Shown one piece after another: positions 48,301 to 56,895 of a stretch of DNA of 64,000 bases. The DNA lies in IMG/VR virus record IMGVR_UViG_3300030104_006170; one strand, written 5' to 3'. Below the pieces are notes generated by a model. The model did not search any database, was not told the DNA's origin, and worked only from the letters and a program-made list of their open reading frames with translations. The position numbers and the translations under genes are program-made. This DNA comes from a virus. Lineage: Duplodnaviria; Caudoviricetes. Position 1 is the first letter of the stretch. Each line of letters begins with the position of its first letter.

Positions 48301-48661
48301 TACTGGTAGATGTTGTAACACCTTCTTTTGTTTTAGTTTTTATTTTTTGATTTACATCTGGATTAGTGAAAGCTTCTGTCCAGTCAGAGTCAAAAGAATC
48401 CTTACCTTTTGGTTTTAAAAAATTTAGTTCTCCATCTGCTATTTCTACACGAATTTCATCACCCGCTGCTGCTCCAACCAATAATTTACTCCTAGGAAAT
48501 ATCTTTGCTGTAAGATTAGCATACATCACAAAATCTTCTTGATTTACTAATCTATCTTTTATAATACCGTCGGACCCAACTATTTTATTAGGGTCAATCG
48601 ATACAACATTACCACCTATTTGTGTGGTTAATATATTACCTGAATTTAAACTATCTGCCAT
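42335..48661 (-). CDS. Baseplate hub-like protein with C-terminal M23 peptidase
   Basis: N-terminal FGITSISIKINASYIPQVTINFTDVRG hub-like region; C-terminal HLGVD, YGNHVEIK, GNSG..THLHFE..NP M23 motifs. Confidence 0.75.
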   Translation of the reverse strand: MADSLNSGNILTTQIGGNVVSIDPNKIVGSDGIIKDRLVNQEDFVMYANLTAKIFPRSKLLVGAAAGDEIRVEIADGELNFLKPKGKDSFDSDWTEAFTNPDVNQKIKTKTKEGVTTSTSISNQNDFQGFGITSISIKINASYIPQVTINFTDVRGKTLFEQAKVNTPYTAFFHLPYPTFFLTLKGYYGKAVQYQLTLEKFISRFDPASGDYLVTCDFKGNHIAMLRDINMHEAVTAPYLYPTRQDPKSGNIQMTKGRQILGEVYREYYSKGLINENIFNNQYTTVELIEKIQSIDNDMAQVFGQASLESTTHKLEYEETLEKFKKAVIGKKGWVGKYLDTSPNGRRNVTVNEPPFPPTPGQPTPTTPNTGRTIITQAYPLKGMSAATSETDPATRKEKQDKLIEEAKNALEAVVKKYVKLLQQNPTFKARSNIEGGKYSVATRFSDPTYDIFENSQIKGSVQIGGITTQLPPGQAPWFMFEGDTDSFLFIWTTTKRMFETKAKSMAEDLSKKLNGRLQKAIGFKPTIRNVFAIILAGADTFLKLLDDVHTDAFAQRQNEQRLAAAVSSDDSNATNQIVYPWPQYYKIEEQEKGGNCTTTNSVLTYPGSSDVIAQTLANNPKIWPEVEFVEEYTKATNYKFSLFNPTVANESVDKDWTPITVYDWPPLETPYFSLEDLDIWFELLDRAQRVVLNGGLSSRYAGQVGTPTNSLIGDSIVELAKYDALNLYQRIKNYSTQKQVFMDLGGGTGINSGYVQILNILQEADPFRFEIYAKYGVITPYNIKPTYTLNFNKSRFTVKNQNFETNTEALKQGKSNGLYDLAPCIFGNWVRNNFANGDTLGSNDFFDINKNVQYDINEKNVLADTWSTLYLIREKYTKSKFIDEDQEKLIERKNNSNALNTLTTANQAYESFTEHKFITEGEVHGFPTVSTIPPTGGTNTQTPPVRLTSMLNTPYFINALIAGTEADKVGIAEPYTQAAYLFLNSLPLPTLREKVLYKDGDNYEFGNYISQMFNQMPAIHNLPISLILRIGSVWWRYKTEVQTQVDPLNSIWGNVGFVPPLGYTGPSSIYETALNAPNYYTFLTSNDGGMTTSGPYPYVSQESNVSNTIMQVGVYPALINAIQFIASNNNSYTNIGVGQQLNNLIDPGGNAALTIEPNSNINYTSSDGVDVKFYSVYLSSSNITDPAFGIDTPNAPQANRYTILFPSSGGLNQTDASTYDVPTYGNPALHNGATRILWGASNYGYFEHQASYQSGPGEYFKMIDNTKNEQEAWSFNEQSIYETIEVLRGVFNKEQLDEFEQKFLVFSRPGSSTDLGGSLKSIVKELVVVENTWVNMVTNSPVTPTSKILAEAQLLKFNNSMFQFLNKKVEYIHRSTTNLDLVINNETLLQRIHQIHDINNNDSDDYNNITEIYGSYSNGQAIPLAGGFFPAGNIEHQTMRLEVGEFYPDNSNQFAMLIPADQSNPMYNFFQTINNITPDGMEFNTNNIKLFAPFIKLYASYVSLNGATPASTFLNIFMNDVISSQQTQSIYINNLLTELQKSIKQNLETDDVTIDVVTDDRPELKSDEIKLELYNQFKTINDRWVSGTNLTDQTLFEKFLFLDRANQDIGDEAIINIWDILQLDSPFTDTNSKTLTQSVSSYLSIILANNYFNFIPLPSYINFFNVEKKGTDTQAQGNAMFGTFKTVDFIDSAPAFLCQYVGKPSSQLNAKTPNNGYNNDSFNYNSPNSPLITQECGNKEQSNKVMGFNVDFGIPNQNIFESITLDQSQFQNTSESFKILQSMADSGGGNSTSPASVSLFNVYASRSYTARVTCVGNVTIQPTQYFQLRYLPMFNGPYLIINVEHEIRPNSIETTFEGVRVPKPTLPAISDLVQRVNVKLYEKAEDRLEKIPIDLYYDGLSATESQKKLNPNQNNYIATGVTYETPPLDLDNVRWNDVTLSAGTFIVTPNEDPEKQHLGVDICPTSDNIDFANDENGGIEIYPSVYGIVTKVVDGCKPLQESESCSKYGNHVEIKTILNTDPPEEGTSYYLTRYAFLREGITVNVDDSIQRGEVGPGGGNKVIGIMGNSGLSKSTHLHFEIKRGVKQEGKIVEHYLNPAEFLPRTRQ

Positions 48662-48968
48662 AATAGAGGAAGTGTTGGTCTAATTTAGATTTATAGTCCT
48701 CTAGTGATTGCATTAATGGGAATGGTACTGTTATAATGGTACCGTCAGGTATGTTCCACTCTTGCCCACCATATGTTGTATTTGCTTGCATGATAAGCCA
48801 CCCATAAAATGGTGAACCATAAAATTGGTCTGATAATTTGTCTAACCTAGTTTTTCCCACTTTGTAAACTATTTTTCTATCACTGGATTTTGGTGTAAGG
48901 GTTATACTCGGGACCATTACATAATCTCCATTAATAATAAATTCGTTATATCTATTGTAGTAACTCAT
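48651..48968 (-). CDS. LysM-like / tail protein X (gp53-like) baseplate protein
   Basis: RLDKLSDQFYGSPFYGWLIMQAN..IPDGTIITVP pattern; overlaps the hub gene start. Confidence 0.8.
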   Translation of the reverse strand: MSYYNRYNEFIINGDYVMVPSITLTPKSSDRKIVYKVGKTRLDKLSDQFYGSPFYGWLIMQANTTYGGQEWNIPDGTIITVPFPLMQSLEDYKSKLDQHFLYYGR

Positions 48969-48973
48969 ATCCC

Positions 48974-50074
48974 TTAACTAATATATAGTTGATTTAGTAA
49001 TTTATAGTTGAATTTACTGTCACTAATTCCCATGTTTTTATCTCTTAAATTAACTCTAACTATATTTTCTGCGGTTGCTCCCGTATTAATTTTATATCCC
49101 ACGTTAAAATCAGAATAATATCTATTTATAACACCCTTAAATGTTTCATAACCACCATCTAAATTACTTGTAAATCTAGAAATCATTAAACTTGTATCAT
49201 AATCTATCCATTCTTTTACCGCATTATTTAATTGTGGTTTAAATACTCGTATTGTAACTGGTGTGATACCAGTAATACCTAGTGGGTCAATATTGGTTAA
49301 ATCATCATACAGTGTACTTTTTCTATAACTAAGTAACTTTTGTAATTCTGGTCTATTATCAAATGTAAAAGAAATAGCTTCATTTGTGTATATTACTGGA
49401 CTAAAGAAAATATATTCACCACCACTAGGATAATTTTTAGTGAATGCAGAATTAACATGGTTAAGTATAAAAGTATTTAAATACCCATTAGTTGTGTTAT
49501 AGTTAATTGTTATTCTGTTTAAAGCAGTAGTAGCTGTTAATTCGAATGCGATTACTCTACCACCATTTGGGTTTAGGTATTGTCCGTCAAAATAACCAAC
49601 ATCTCCGTTGGGGTTTGTAATAAAGTTAAGTTTATCCGCTGTGGTAGTTAATTTATGTTGTGAATCTCTAAGATTATTAACTAAAGTCATAACTTCTGTT
49701 ACCGTATTATTTAGTTGGGTTTCTAATGTATTATATAAAACATTTTTTACATATTGTTTTTCGGGTTCTGTAGGATTGGCTAAATTTAATTTACTTTGTA
49801 TTGTAGTAGTTTCTGCACTTATATTAGTTTTAACTGTTTCATAATAAGTGGTTATTCTACTTATTATTTTATTAGGTATACCCATTAAATTACCGTTGGA
49901 GTTTGTCCCAAAAGTGCCTGTTTTATAGTTTCTTGAAAACATAGACTCCTCAACAAGACCCATACTATGATATAGAAAAACATCGTATAACCTATTTTTT
50001 ACATCCAAAGAATACGCACTACTTTCGTCAACGAAAGCATTTAAAAGATTTTTATAATTTATTGTATAATCCAT
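48974..50074 (-). CDS. Hypothetical virion protein
   Basis: 366-aa ORF in the baseplate operon with a helical central region. Confidence 0.65.
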   Translation of the reverse strand: MDYTINYKNLLNAFVDESSAYSLDVKNRLYDVFLYHSMGLVEESMFSRNYKTGTFGTNSNGNLMGIPNKIISRITTYYETVKTNISAETTTIQSKLNLANPTEPEKQYVKNVLYNTLETQLNNTVTEVMTLVNNLRDSQHKLTTTADKLNFITNPNGDVGYFDGQYLNPNGGRVIAFELTATTALNRITINYNTTNGYLNTFILNHVNSAFTKNYPSGGEYIFFSPVIYTNEAISFTFDNRPELQKLLSYRKSTLYDDLTNIDPLGITGITPVTIRVFKPQLNNAVKEWIDYDTSLMISRFTSNLDGGYETFKGVINRYYSDFNVGYKINTGATAENIVRVNLRDKNMGISDSKFNYKLLNQLYIS

Positions 50075-50084
50075 TTCTTATATT

Positions 50085-53000
50085 TTATGGTCCAGTACCC
50101 CAAAAGTTTTGCCAAGCATTTCCACTCTGGTCACCATCCGTACTAGTACCTTCAGTATTATTACCTTGTGCTTCTCCTTGTGCTGCTGCTGCCTGTTGAG
50201 CTTCTAGTTCAAGTATTATTTCTTGTTCATCTGCCAATGGTTTTTGTTCGTCAGTTGTGGTTTTTATACTTCTATTATTATACATCTCAGTGTTAGCAAA
50301 GAAGTTGTTTGATAACGCGTTTTGTAATTCTGATACAGGAGCTTCTAATCCTTGTCCCCCAATATATTTAAAGTTCATAGAAACATTTGCTATCATAGGT
50401 TGTACCCCAATACCTTCTGGATTTAAATCATATATCAAAGGGTCGTAACTAAAACTTACAGAATCAATAGCTATTTTTGTGTGGTAAAAATCACCTATTC
50501 TTAAAACACATATAGGTGGGGCACCAAAAGCTGTGTTATCAACGTCTCTTTCACTATCTAGACTACCGTCCGCATTGACTGTTGGTATGGTATTTCCCGG
50601 TCTAGTGCACTGAAGTAAAAAACTTAGTCGGTTATTTAGTCCTTCTGGAGTCATCGAGTGAAATGCTGGGTGAAAGTGTTTTAATTGTCGTTTTAATGAA
50701 TTGTATATAAATTCATCGTCTTGTTTTAATGCGTTAAAATAATTTTCTTCACCAAGTAGTTTTGCTAATATTTTTGCTGTATCTAATTTTTTTTCTTTTC
50801 CCGCACCTGATTGGTTATTAGCTGTGGCTTGAACTTCGCCAGGTGGATTTTCTCCTTGGTTCTGACTTTGTCCCCAAAAATCATCAAAAGAACCAGCCAT
50901 CCCTGTATTTTGTACGTTGTTTGGTATGCCGTTATTTGCATTTGCATTATTACTGGAACCACTGTCTAGGTCTATTACACCTTCATTTGCGGGGTCAGTA
51001 GCGTCTAGGTCTATTACACCTTCTTGTCCGTTAGGGTTGTCTGGTGTGTTAACACCACTTGTATTGTTATTCATTGTACCTTGTGGGTCAGCATTATACT
51101 CATCCGTAACATCATTTTGTATACTAATAATATCATCTACTGATAGGTTGGGGAATATGGAAGCTAATTCATATATATCATATTCTTTACATCCAGCAAA
51201 AAATGCTTCTAGAGCTTGGTCTGCCACATAGTCTGGCACTCCTTTTAGTGTGTTTTCTGTTATTGTGTTTAGTATCGATGGGTGGTCAACAACTATTTTC
51301 CAGTTTAATGTACCAATTCTTTCGGTGTAATTATACGTGTATATGGGTTCTGGTCTTCCTAGGAAGTTAACTGAATTCCATTGTGCCGAATTAGTATCAC
51401 CCACTTGTAAATCGTAAGGTGGGAACCACATTATTCTACCACCTTGTGGACCTCTTTCGGATTTAGGTAATTTTAATAATTCTGATGTACCTCTCCAAGC
51501 AAGGTTTTCTATAGAAAACATGTACTTACTTACATTTTTTTCTGTTTTTTCTGTATCCACATTAACACCAAAAATAGGTGCTATATTTAAATTAAATGTA
51601 TTAGTTAATACTGAACCCGCTTTACCTAGATGATTTCCTTTATGTCTTTGTAGGTTTTCCATTTTCCAATAAGGGTCATCTTTTGTCCAGGTTCTACAAA
51701 ATTCTCTAGCCACTAAACCACCACCAATACCGAATACACCTGAAGATTCGTCTACAAATCTAACACCAGAACCTTTAGAAATTTCTTTATAACCATCAGA
51801 AAATACTTTAGATGTTTGGTCAATTGCATGTCCTGCATGTTTTCTTCTAGCTCCACCCATAAGAGGTGCTGAGTCTATAAGTTTTTGTGTTTCATCTAAT
51901 ATACCTCCTTTTCTTTTTGGTTTTTGGAAAGACCTTGTAGCTAATAAGTCATAAGGTGCGTTTGTAGATGCGAATGACTGAGTACCCATCCAGGTCCAAC
52001 CACCAGCTAAACTTCCTCCATCATTATAGGTATAACCTTGTACCCCAAACATGTAGAAAGGCCATAAAGGTTGTCCATCTACTGTTTCTAATTGTTTAGC
52101 TAATGTAGATGGGCCGTAAACTAAAGCATTTATAGGTCTACCAAACTCATCACTTGGTACTGCACCCATAGGGGACTGAACCTTTGATGGTTCGTTATTT
52201 TTAGAACCTAAGTAATAGTATGGTGTTATATTAGTTACACCATCTCTTAATTGTACTCTAGAATAATCCGGTCTGTATTTGTTAAAATCTAAAGACGTAA
52301 ATAATGATTTTTGTTGTTCTGGACCCATATAACTTATGAATCTATCACTAGGTACTGGATTAGATACTGTGTTGGTTGGTATGTTATCACCACCACTTAA
52401 TATATTTACTATAGCATTAGCGGTAGCTTGTACATTACCGAAAACACCTGTAAAACTTATTCCGTTTTTAGCTAAAAAGTTGATGTCGGGTTTAAAGATA
52501 CCTTGAAAATAGTTACCTGGTATATTAGAGTAACCATAATATAAGTTTGTTATTCTGGATAAAAAGTCTGTACCGTCCAACTCTTTTTCTCCTGGGTTGG
52601 CACTTACGTTAAACATAAATGAACCTTTATCACTTAAATCTAAGTCATTCCATCCTTGGTTATAACCTAATTGTTCTCTTAAATTACCACTAGATTTTTG
52701 TAATAACTCACTATCATTTAAAATTTTACTATTTAAAGTATTAACAATACCATTAGTTATATTAACTGTTTCTAATATTTCAGCCGACGTATACTCTGAA
52801 GAAACAAATGATTTTGGTTGGAGTGTGTTGGGTGTTACATAGTCTAACCCTCTTCTTGGTAATACTTTTTTAACATTTATAGTTTGTACATCTGTAAATC
52901 CACCTTCTGGACCATAACTATTATCTAAGAATAGACTGGTTAAGTTTGGTGGTGCTAATTCTTCTACTGTTTTTTGGTCTACTACGGGACGTTCGTATAT

Positions 53001-53192
53001 ACTAGTATTTTGTTTTCCCGGAGGTTGGATGCCGAAGGGTGGTGAAACAGGATTACCGTCAGCAAGATACGAACTTTGTAGATTTTTACCTAATAAAAAA
53101 ACACGTAACTTTTCGGTAGACGCTACATTGGGTCTATAAGGACCCTGCATCCCAAAAGCTTTTACACCACCTGTATTTAGACCTACTGACAT
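50085..53192 (-). CDS. Tail tube initiator / baseplate junction protein (gp48/gp54-like domains)
   Basis: FPPY..NSAQWNSVNFLGRPEPIYTY..TER and PPICVLRIGDFY..SVSFSY..PM.ANVSMNF motifs; follows the tape measure gene. Confidence 0.65.
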   Translation of the reverse strand: MSVGLNTGGVKAFGMQGPYRPNVASTEKLRVFLLGKNLQSSYLADGNPVSPPFGIQPPGKQNTSIYERPVVDQKTVEELAPPNLTSLFLDNSYGPEGGFTDVQTINVKKVLPRRGLDYVTPNTLQPKSFVSSEYTSAEILETVNITNGIVNTLNSKILNDSELLQKSSGNLREQLGYNQGWNDLDLSDKGSFMFNVSANPGEKELDGTDFLSRITNLYYGYSNIPGNYFQGIFKPDINFLAKNGISFTGVFGNVQATANAIVNILSGGDNIPTNTVSNPVPSDRFISYMGPEQQKSLFTSLDFNKYRPDYSRVQLRDGVTNITPYYYLGSKNNEPSKVQSPMGAVPSDEFGRPINALVYGPSTLAKQLETVDGQPLWPFYMFGVQGYTYNDGGSLAGGWTWMGTQSFASTNAPYDLLATRSFQKPKRKGGILDETQKLIDSAPLMGGARRKHAGHAIDQTSKVFSDGYKEISKGSGVRFVDESSGVFGIGGGLVAREFCRTWTKDDPYWKMENLQRHKGNHLGKAGSVLTNTFNLNIAPIFGVNVDTEKTEKNVSKYMFSIENLAWRGTSELLKLPKSERGPQGGRIMWFPPYDLQVGDTNSAQWNSVNFLGRPEPIYTYNYTERIGTLNWKIVVDHPSILNTITENTLKGVPDYVADQALEAFFAGCKEYDIYELASIFPNLSVDDIISIQNDVTDEYNADPQGTMNNNTSGVNTPDNPNGQEGVIDLDATDPANEGVIDLDSGSSNNANANNGIPNNVQNTGMAGSFDDFWGQSQNQGENPPGEVQATANNQSGAGKEKKLDTAKILAKLLGEENYFNALKQDDEFIYNSLKRQLKHFHPAFHSMTPEGLNNRLSFLLQCTRPGNTIPTVNADGSLDSERDVDNTAFGAPPICVLRIGDFYHTKIAIDSVSFSYDPLIYDLNPEGIGVQPMIANVSMNFKYIGGQGLEAPVSELQNALSNNFFANTEMYNNRSIKTTTDEQKPLADEQEIILELEAQQAAAAQGEAQGNNTEGTSTDGDQSGNAWQNFWGTGP

Positions 53193-53256
53193 ATATTATT
53201 CTTTTATAATAAATAGATTGTAACGTAATTTCGTTAGGGTAATTGGACAAATAAGA

Positions 53257-55206
53257 TTATGCCCCTAATGACATAGCGTCATTTAGTAGTTTACCAGTTT
53301 CTAAAGCTACACCTCTATCCATTTGTAATAGTCTTAGGAAGTCTTGTCCATTCATCCTAGCTTCACCATTATTAACATCAATATTACCCTCTAACTTTAA
53401 ACTAAGAGGTCTCATTGTTGTGGTGTTAGTTGTATTATTTGTATTTTCTACTATACTTTTATTTAAAGTTTCTGTTCTACTTGCTATAGACGCATCAAGG
53501 TCTTCTCCTAATTTTACATTTCCTGCTTGTGCTGCTACTAAAATATCCCCTTTATCAAAAGTTGTGATACCTTCTTTAGTTATTATTGCGTCCTGTGCTT
53601 GCATTTTTTTTAACTGTTCTAGAGCTTGTTTGGCTCCTTCTGAACCAGCCTTTTCAATGTCTTGTGCAACACTTTCAATATCACCCCTACTCAAAGCGTC
53701 TAATTGTTCTTGGGAAAGAGAAGGCATTTCATTTGCTATCTTTTGGGTTAGGGTTTCTGTTCTTATAGCTTTATCCGCACCAAAACCCATTTCTTCTTTA
53801 ACTAAAAGTCTAATACCCGCGTCCATCGCTGCAAGATATTGGTTTGCTTTTTCTGCAACTGTAAGTTGTTGTTTATAGACATCAGAATCTGACATACCTT
53901 CTTTTCTTAACAACTCCATTTGTTCTTCGGTAACATTAGAAACATCAACCATTTCTTCAATACCTGGAATTTTTACTTGTGCAACTCCTCCCTCACCAAT
54001 CTTTGCCATAGAAGCTAATAACTCTTTATCAGTTTCTGTCATATCACTAAAGTCACCTATTTGATTGAAAACTTCGGCTCTCCTAGCTGACCTCACAGCT
54101 GTATCTGCTAAATCCTGGTAACTCATACCCATTTGTTCTGCCATAGCTTTTAACTGTCGTCTTTGTTCAGGTGATATTGAAAACTTGTTTTTCTCTTTGT
54201 CGAAGTAAACGGCAGAGGCTGCTGTATCTGCAATTGCCTCTTGTAGACCTTCTAGGTCATTAGTAGCCATGTACATTAATTTAAATGGGTCTGCTAAATC
54301 TCCAACAGCTCCTCCAATTACACTCATTTGTGCAGCAAAATCAATTGCACCTTCTGGGTCGAAGAATTTGTCCGCAAGACTAGTAACGGTACTCATTTCA
54401 ATACCTAATGCTTGTCCTCTCGCTACCATTCTAGCGAGTCCTTCTACACCTCTTTCAAAACCATAGGTATTAATTAATTTTAATTCGTCCCCAATATTAG
54501 CTAGGAATTTTTCCATTACTACCCCAAATTGTCTACCTGTTTGTAGAATTTCAGACATAGCATTATTTGTTTCATCTACTTTACCCATAGCAGTATCTAA
54601 ACTAAAACCAATAGTATCAAAACCTTCAGCAAATTTTCCAGCATCAAAACCTTCTAAAGTTTTAGTTAATAGTGCAGCTCTTTCTGTAACTTCGGGGGGT
54701 ATAAAAAGATTTCTTGAGATTTCTTGGGTCATTCCTTTGAATGTCTCAAATAAATCGTGTACGGTCATACCGAATTTAGAAGCCGACATTCCAGCTTCAG
54801 TCAGACCATCTACTGTGTCCATTAATTGTTCGTTGGACATTCCCAGGGTTTTAGATATATCTACCCTAAGTGTGTCTTCTAAAGCTAACATGTTTAAAAT
54901 TGCATCCATATTACCTTCAACGTCCATAGTTCCTTTCCTTATAGATTTGATAGCATTAGCCATAGCTTCTAAATCTCCCGCAGTTGTTTCTGTTTTGGGC
55001 ATCCTATCTTGAGCTAATTTATCAAGTTTTTGAAATAGTGTTCCTTGGGGTGGTGGTGAAGTATTACCTTGTGGTTGTTGTTGAGGTCCTATTTGTGCTG
55101 TCCAACTAGCTCTATTATAACCCGCGTCTTCAGCCGCTTGTCTATCTGCACTGGAGAGTGAGTTCCAAGGTGTTTTACTAGCTAAATTATCTGCAACACT
55201 TGCCAT
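53257..55206 (-). CDS. Tape measure protein
   Basis: Ala/Glu/Met/Leu-rich helical protein directly downstream of tube and chaperone genes. Confidence 0.8.
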   Translation of the reverse strand: MASVADNLASKTPWNSLSSADRQAAEDAGYNRASWTAQIGPQQQPQGNTSPPPQGTLFQKLDKLAQDRMPKTETTAGDLEAMANAIKSIRKGTMDVEGNMDAILNMLALEDTLRVDISKTLGMSNEQLMDTVDGLTEAGMSASKFGMTVHDLFETFKGMTQEISRNLFIPPEVTERAALLTKTLEGFDAGKFAEGFDTIGFSLDTAMGKVDETNNAMSEILQTGRQFGVVMEKFLANIGDELKLINTYGFERGVEGLARMVARGQALGIEMSTVTSLADKFFDPEGAIDFAAQMSVIGGAVGDLADPFKLMYMATNDLEGLQEAIADTAASAVYFDKEKNKFSISPEQRRQLKAMAEQMGMSYQDLADTAVRSARRAEVFNQIGDFSDMTETDKELLASMAKIGEGGVAQVKIPGIEEMVDVSNVTEEQMELLRKEGMSDSDVYKQQLTVAEKANQYLAAMDAGIRLLVKEEMGFGADKAIRTETLTQKIANEMPSLSQEQLDALSRGDIESVAQDIEKAGSEGAKQALEQLKKMQAQDAIITKEGITTFDKGDILVAAQAGNVKLGEDLDASIASRTETLNKSIVENTNNTTNTTTMRPLSLKLEGNIDVNNGEARMNGQDFLRLLQMDRGVALETGKLLNDAMSLGA

Positions 55207-55234
55207 ATTATAATAATTGTTTTATTATAAATAT

Positions 55235-55444
55235 TTAGAATCTGTTTTTACTCTTGTTTTTAGCTTGTTCCATAGCTTCATTCTTTTTTTGAAATTCTTC
55301 TGTTAAGAAGTTAACGTAAAATCTACGTTCGAATGTAGGCATTTGTAAGAGGTCGGACCACGCGATGTGGAGGTGTTTCATTAGATAATAGAATTCTTGC
55401 AATAGGGCATTCCTATATGCCGTAGAAAGGACGAAAAAACTCAA
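55235..55444 (-). CDS. Tail assembly chaperone C-terminal ORF (gp51/gpT-like), likely made by frameshift
   Basis: No ATG at the 5' overlap (TTG); overlaps the upstream ORF in the +1 frame across TTT TTT C; motif FYYLMKH..WSDLLQMPTFERRFY. Confidence 0.75.
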   Translation of the reverse strand: MSFFVLSTAYRNALLQEFYYLMKHLHIAWSDLLQMPTFERRFYVNFLTEEFQKKNEAMEQAKNKSKNRF

Positions 55445-56171
55445 CCCCGAATGTAATTCTCGCGTTTATCTCTTCATTCGATGGAGTTAACACAGGGATA
55501 GTTAAATCTAGTGAAGGCGAGTTTTCTCTAATTACTTTTCTGATGTTTTGAGAATCTCGAATTGGCATTGTTTGAATAAATTGTGCGATAGTCATTGGGT
55601 CTCTTACTCCGTCTATTTCTTTAATTAACATTTCTAATTGTTTGGTCATGTAATTATTTACCGCAGCGTTTTTATTTTGTTCTTCTATTTGTTTTAGTGT
55701 TCTTTCGTGGTGTGGTGTTAAAAAAGATAATTTTACTTTTTTCTTGGATACTTCTAAGTAATGGTCAAATTCATTATTTTTGTCTAGTTCAACACCTACT
55801 TCATTAGTTTTTAACACGGATAAATCTATTGTTGTTTCAAAGGACTCTTTTGTTTTTGGGTCCGTTAAAGTAACTGTATAGTCAGCACCAAAAGCTGTAT
55901 TCCTTAAAAATACAAGTACAGCTTCTTTATCACATTCTGGCATATCCATAATATCTATATCTTTATCTAAAATTTTTCTAGATATTAACATATTGATTAA
56001 TTCACCATTAGCTTGTAATGATGGTGTTGCCAATAAATTTTCGTCTGAAGCATTTAAGTAGGTTACCTTTACAGATTTCTTTTTATTTTTATAAAAAACA
56101 CCCTGAGAAGGTAAACTTACCATGTCATAAGGTAAGATTGTTTCTGGTTGTTGGCCTAATTGTTCTTGCAT
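55413..56171 (-). CDS. Tail/baseplate assembly chaperone (T4 gp26-like)
   Basis: VSLPSQG.FY, YLNASDENLL, D..AVLVFLRNTAFG.DY motifs, ending GVEFFRPF; between tube and tape measure. Confidence 0.8.
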   Translation of the reverse strand: MQEQLGQQPETILPYDMVSLPSQGVFYKNKKKSVKVTYLNASDENLLATPSLQANGELINMLISRKILDKDIDIMDMPECDKEAVLVFLRNTAFGADYTVTLTDPKTKESFETTIDLSVLKTNEVGVELDKNNEFDHYLEVSKKKVKLSFLTPHHERTLKQIEEQNKNAAVNNYMTKQLEMLIKEIDGVRDPMTIAQFIQTMPIRDSQNIRKVIRENSPSLDLTIPVLTPSNEEINARITFGVEFFRPFYGI

Positions 56172-56288
56172 AGCTTATAATTTAATTAATATATTATAAT
56201 AGTAAATACATATATTTAAGTTTTATTAATTTAAATAGATTGCGCTATAAGCATCTTAAAATATATAATTAAAGTCAAGTAATTTGCA

Positions 56289-56320
56289 ATAAAAAAGCCC
56301 TAACTAAAGGGCTTTTATAA
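56289..56320 (-). terminator. Intrinsic terminator after tail tube gene
   Basis: Minus strand AAAAGCCC-TTTAGTTA-GGGCTTTTTT. Confidence 0.85.
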
Positions 56321-56337
56321 AATCTATTTAATTTGGT

Positions 56338-56826
56338 TTAGTAAACTAAGATACATCTATCTGGTCTTAAAGTGGCTGAAATATTTGCAAGACCGTCATC
56401 ACTATAACTTAAATCATTAAAGTTAACATCCGTTAAGAATGTTCCTTGTAGAATCCATTTTTCCACTACCACACCTGTTGGGTCTAGTAGTTCTAGGTCG
56501 ATGTTTTTCTTATAACCTGCAGCGTAACCCATTCTACCAGTTACAGATTCTGCGTGTGTTCTAACCCACTCCATAAGAGCTTGTGCTGCTGATGGTCCGA
56601 TTGGGTCTCTAAATGTTACGTTTATTGTGTTCCATACAAATCTACCTGCTACATAAGTAGAGGTGTTTAAGAACGGTACTTCTACAGAGTTAATTGTAAC
56701 TTGTGGTCTAGAAGTACTCTCTACATACCATTCATTAATTCCCAAAGAAGAGTCAAATCTCATGATAAACCTATTCTTTTTCTTTGGTTCATAAGGTATA
56801 GGCATTTTCATTAATAAGTCAGCCAT
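56338..56826 (-). CDS. Tail tube protein (T4 gp19-like)
   Basis: YEPKKKNRF, V.STSRP, YVAGRFVW.TI.VTFRDP, L.EWV, LDPTGVVVEKWIL motifs; 162 aa. Confidence 0.9.
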   Translation of the reverse strand: MADLLMKMPIPYEPKKKNRFIMRFDSSLGINEWYVESTSRPQVTINSVEVPFLNTSTYVAGRFVWNTINVTFRDPIGPSAAQALMEWVRTHAESVTGRMGYAAGYKKNIDLELLDPTGVVVEKWILQGTFLTDVNFNDLSYSDDGLANISATLRPDRCILVY

Positions 56827-56895
56827 ATCTTTTTAATTTTTTGTTTTTACTTTTTTATTATATACTATAAATATATCGGGAATGAAAAAAATGTC

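Noticed and set aside
50964-51023. 21-bp direct repeat encoding EGVIDLD twice
   Set aside because: Small local duplication in a low-complexity linker; no evidence of function.
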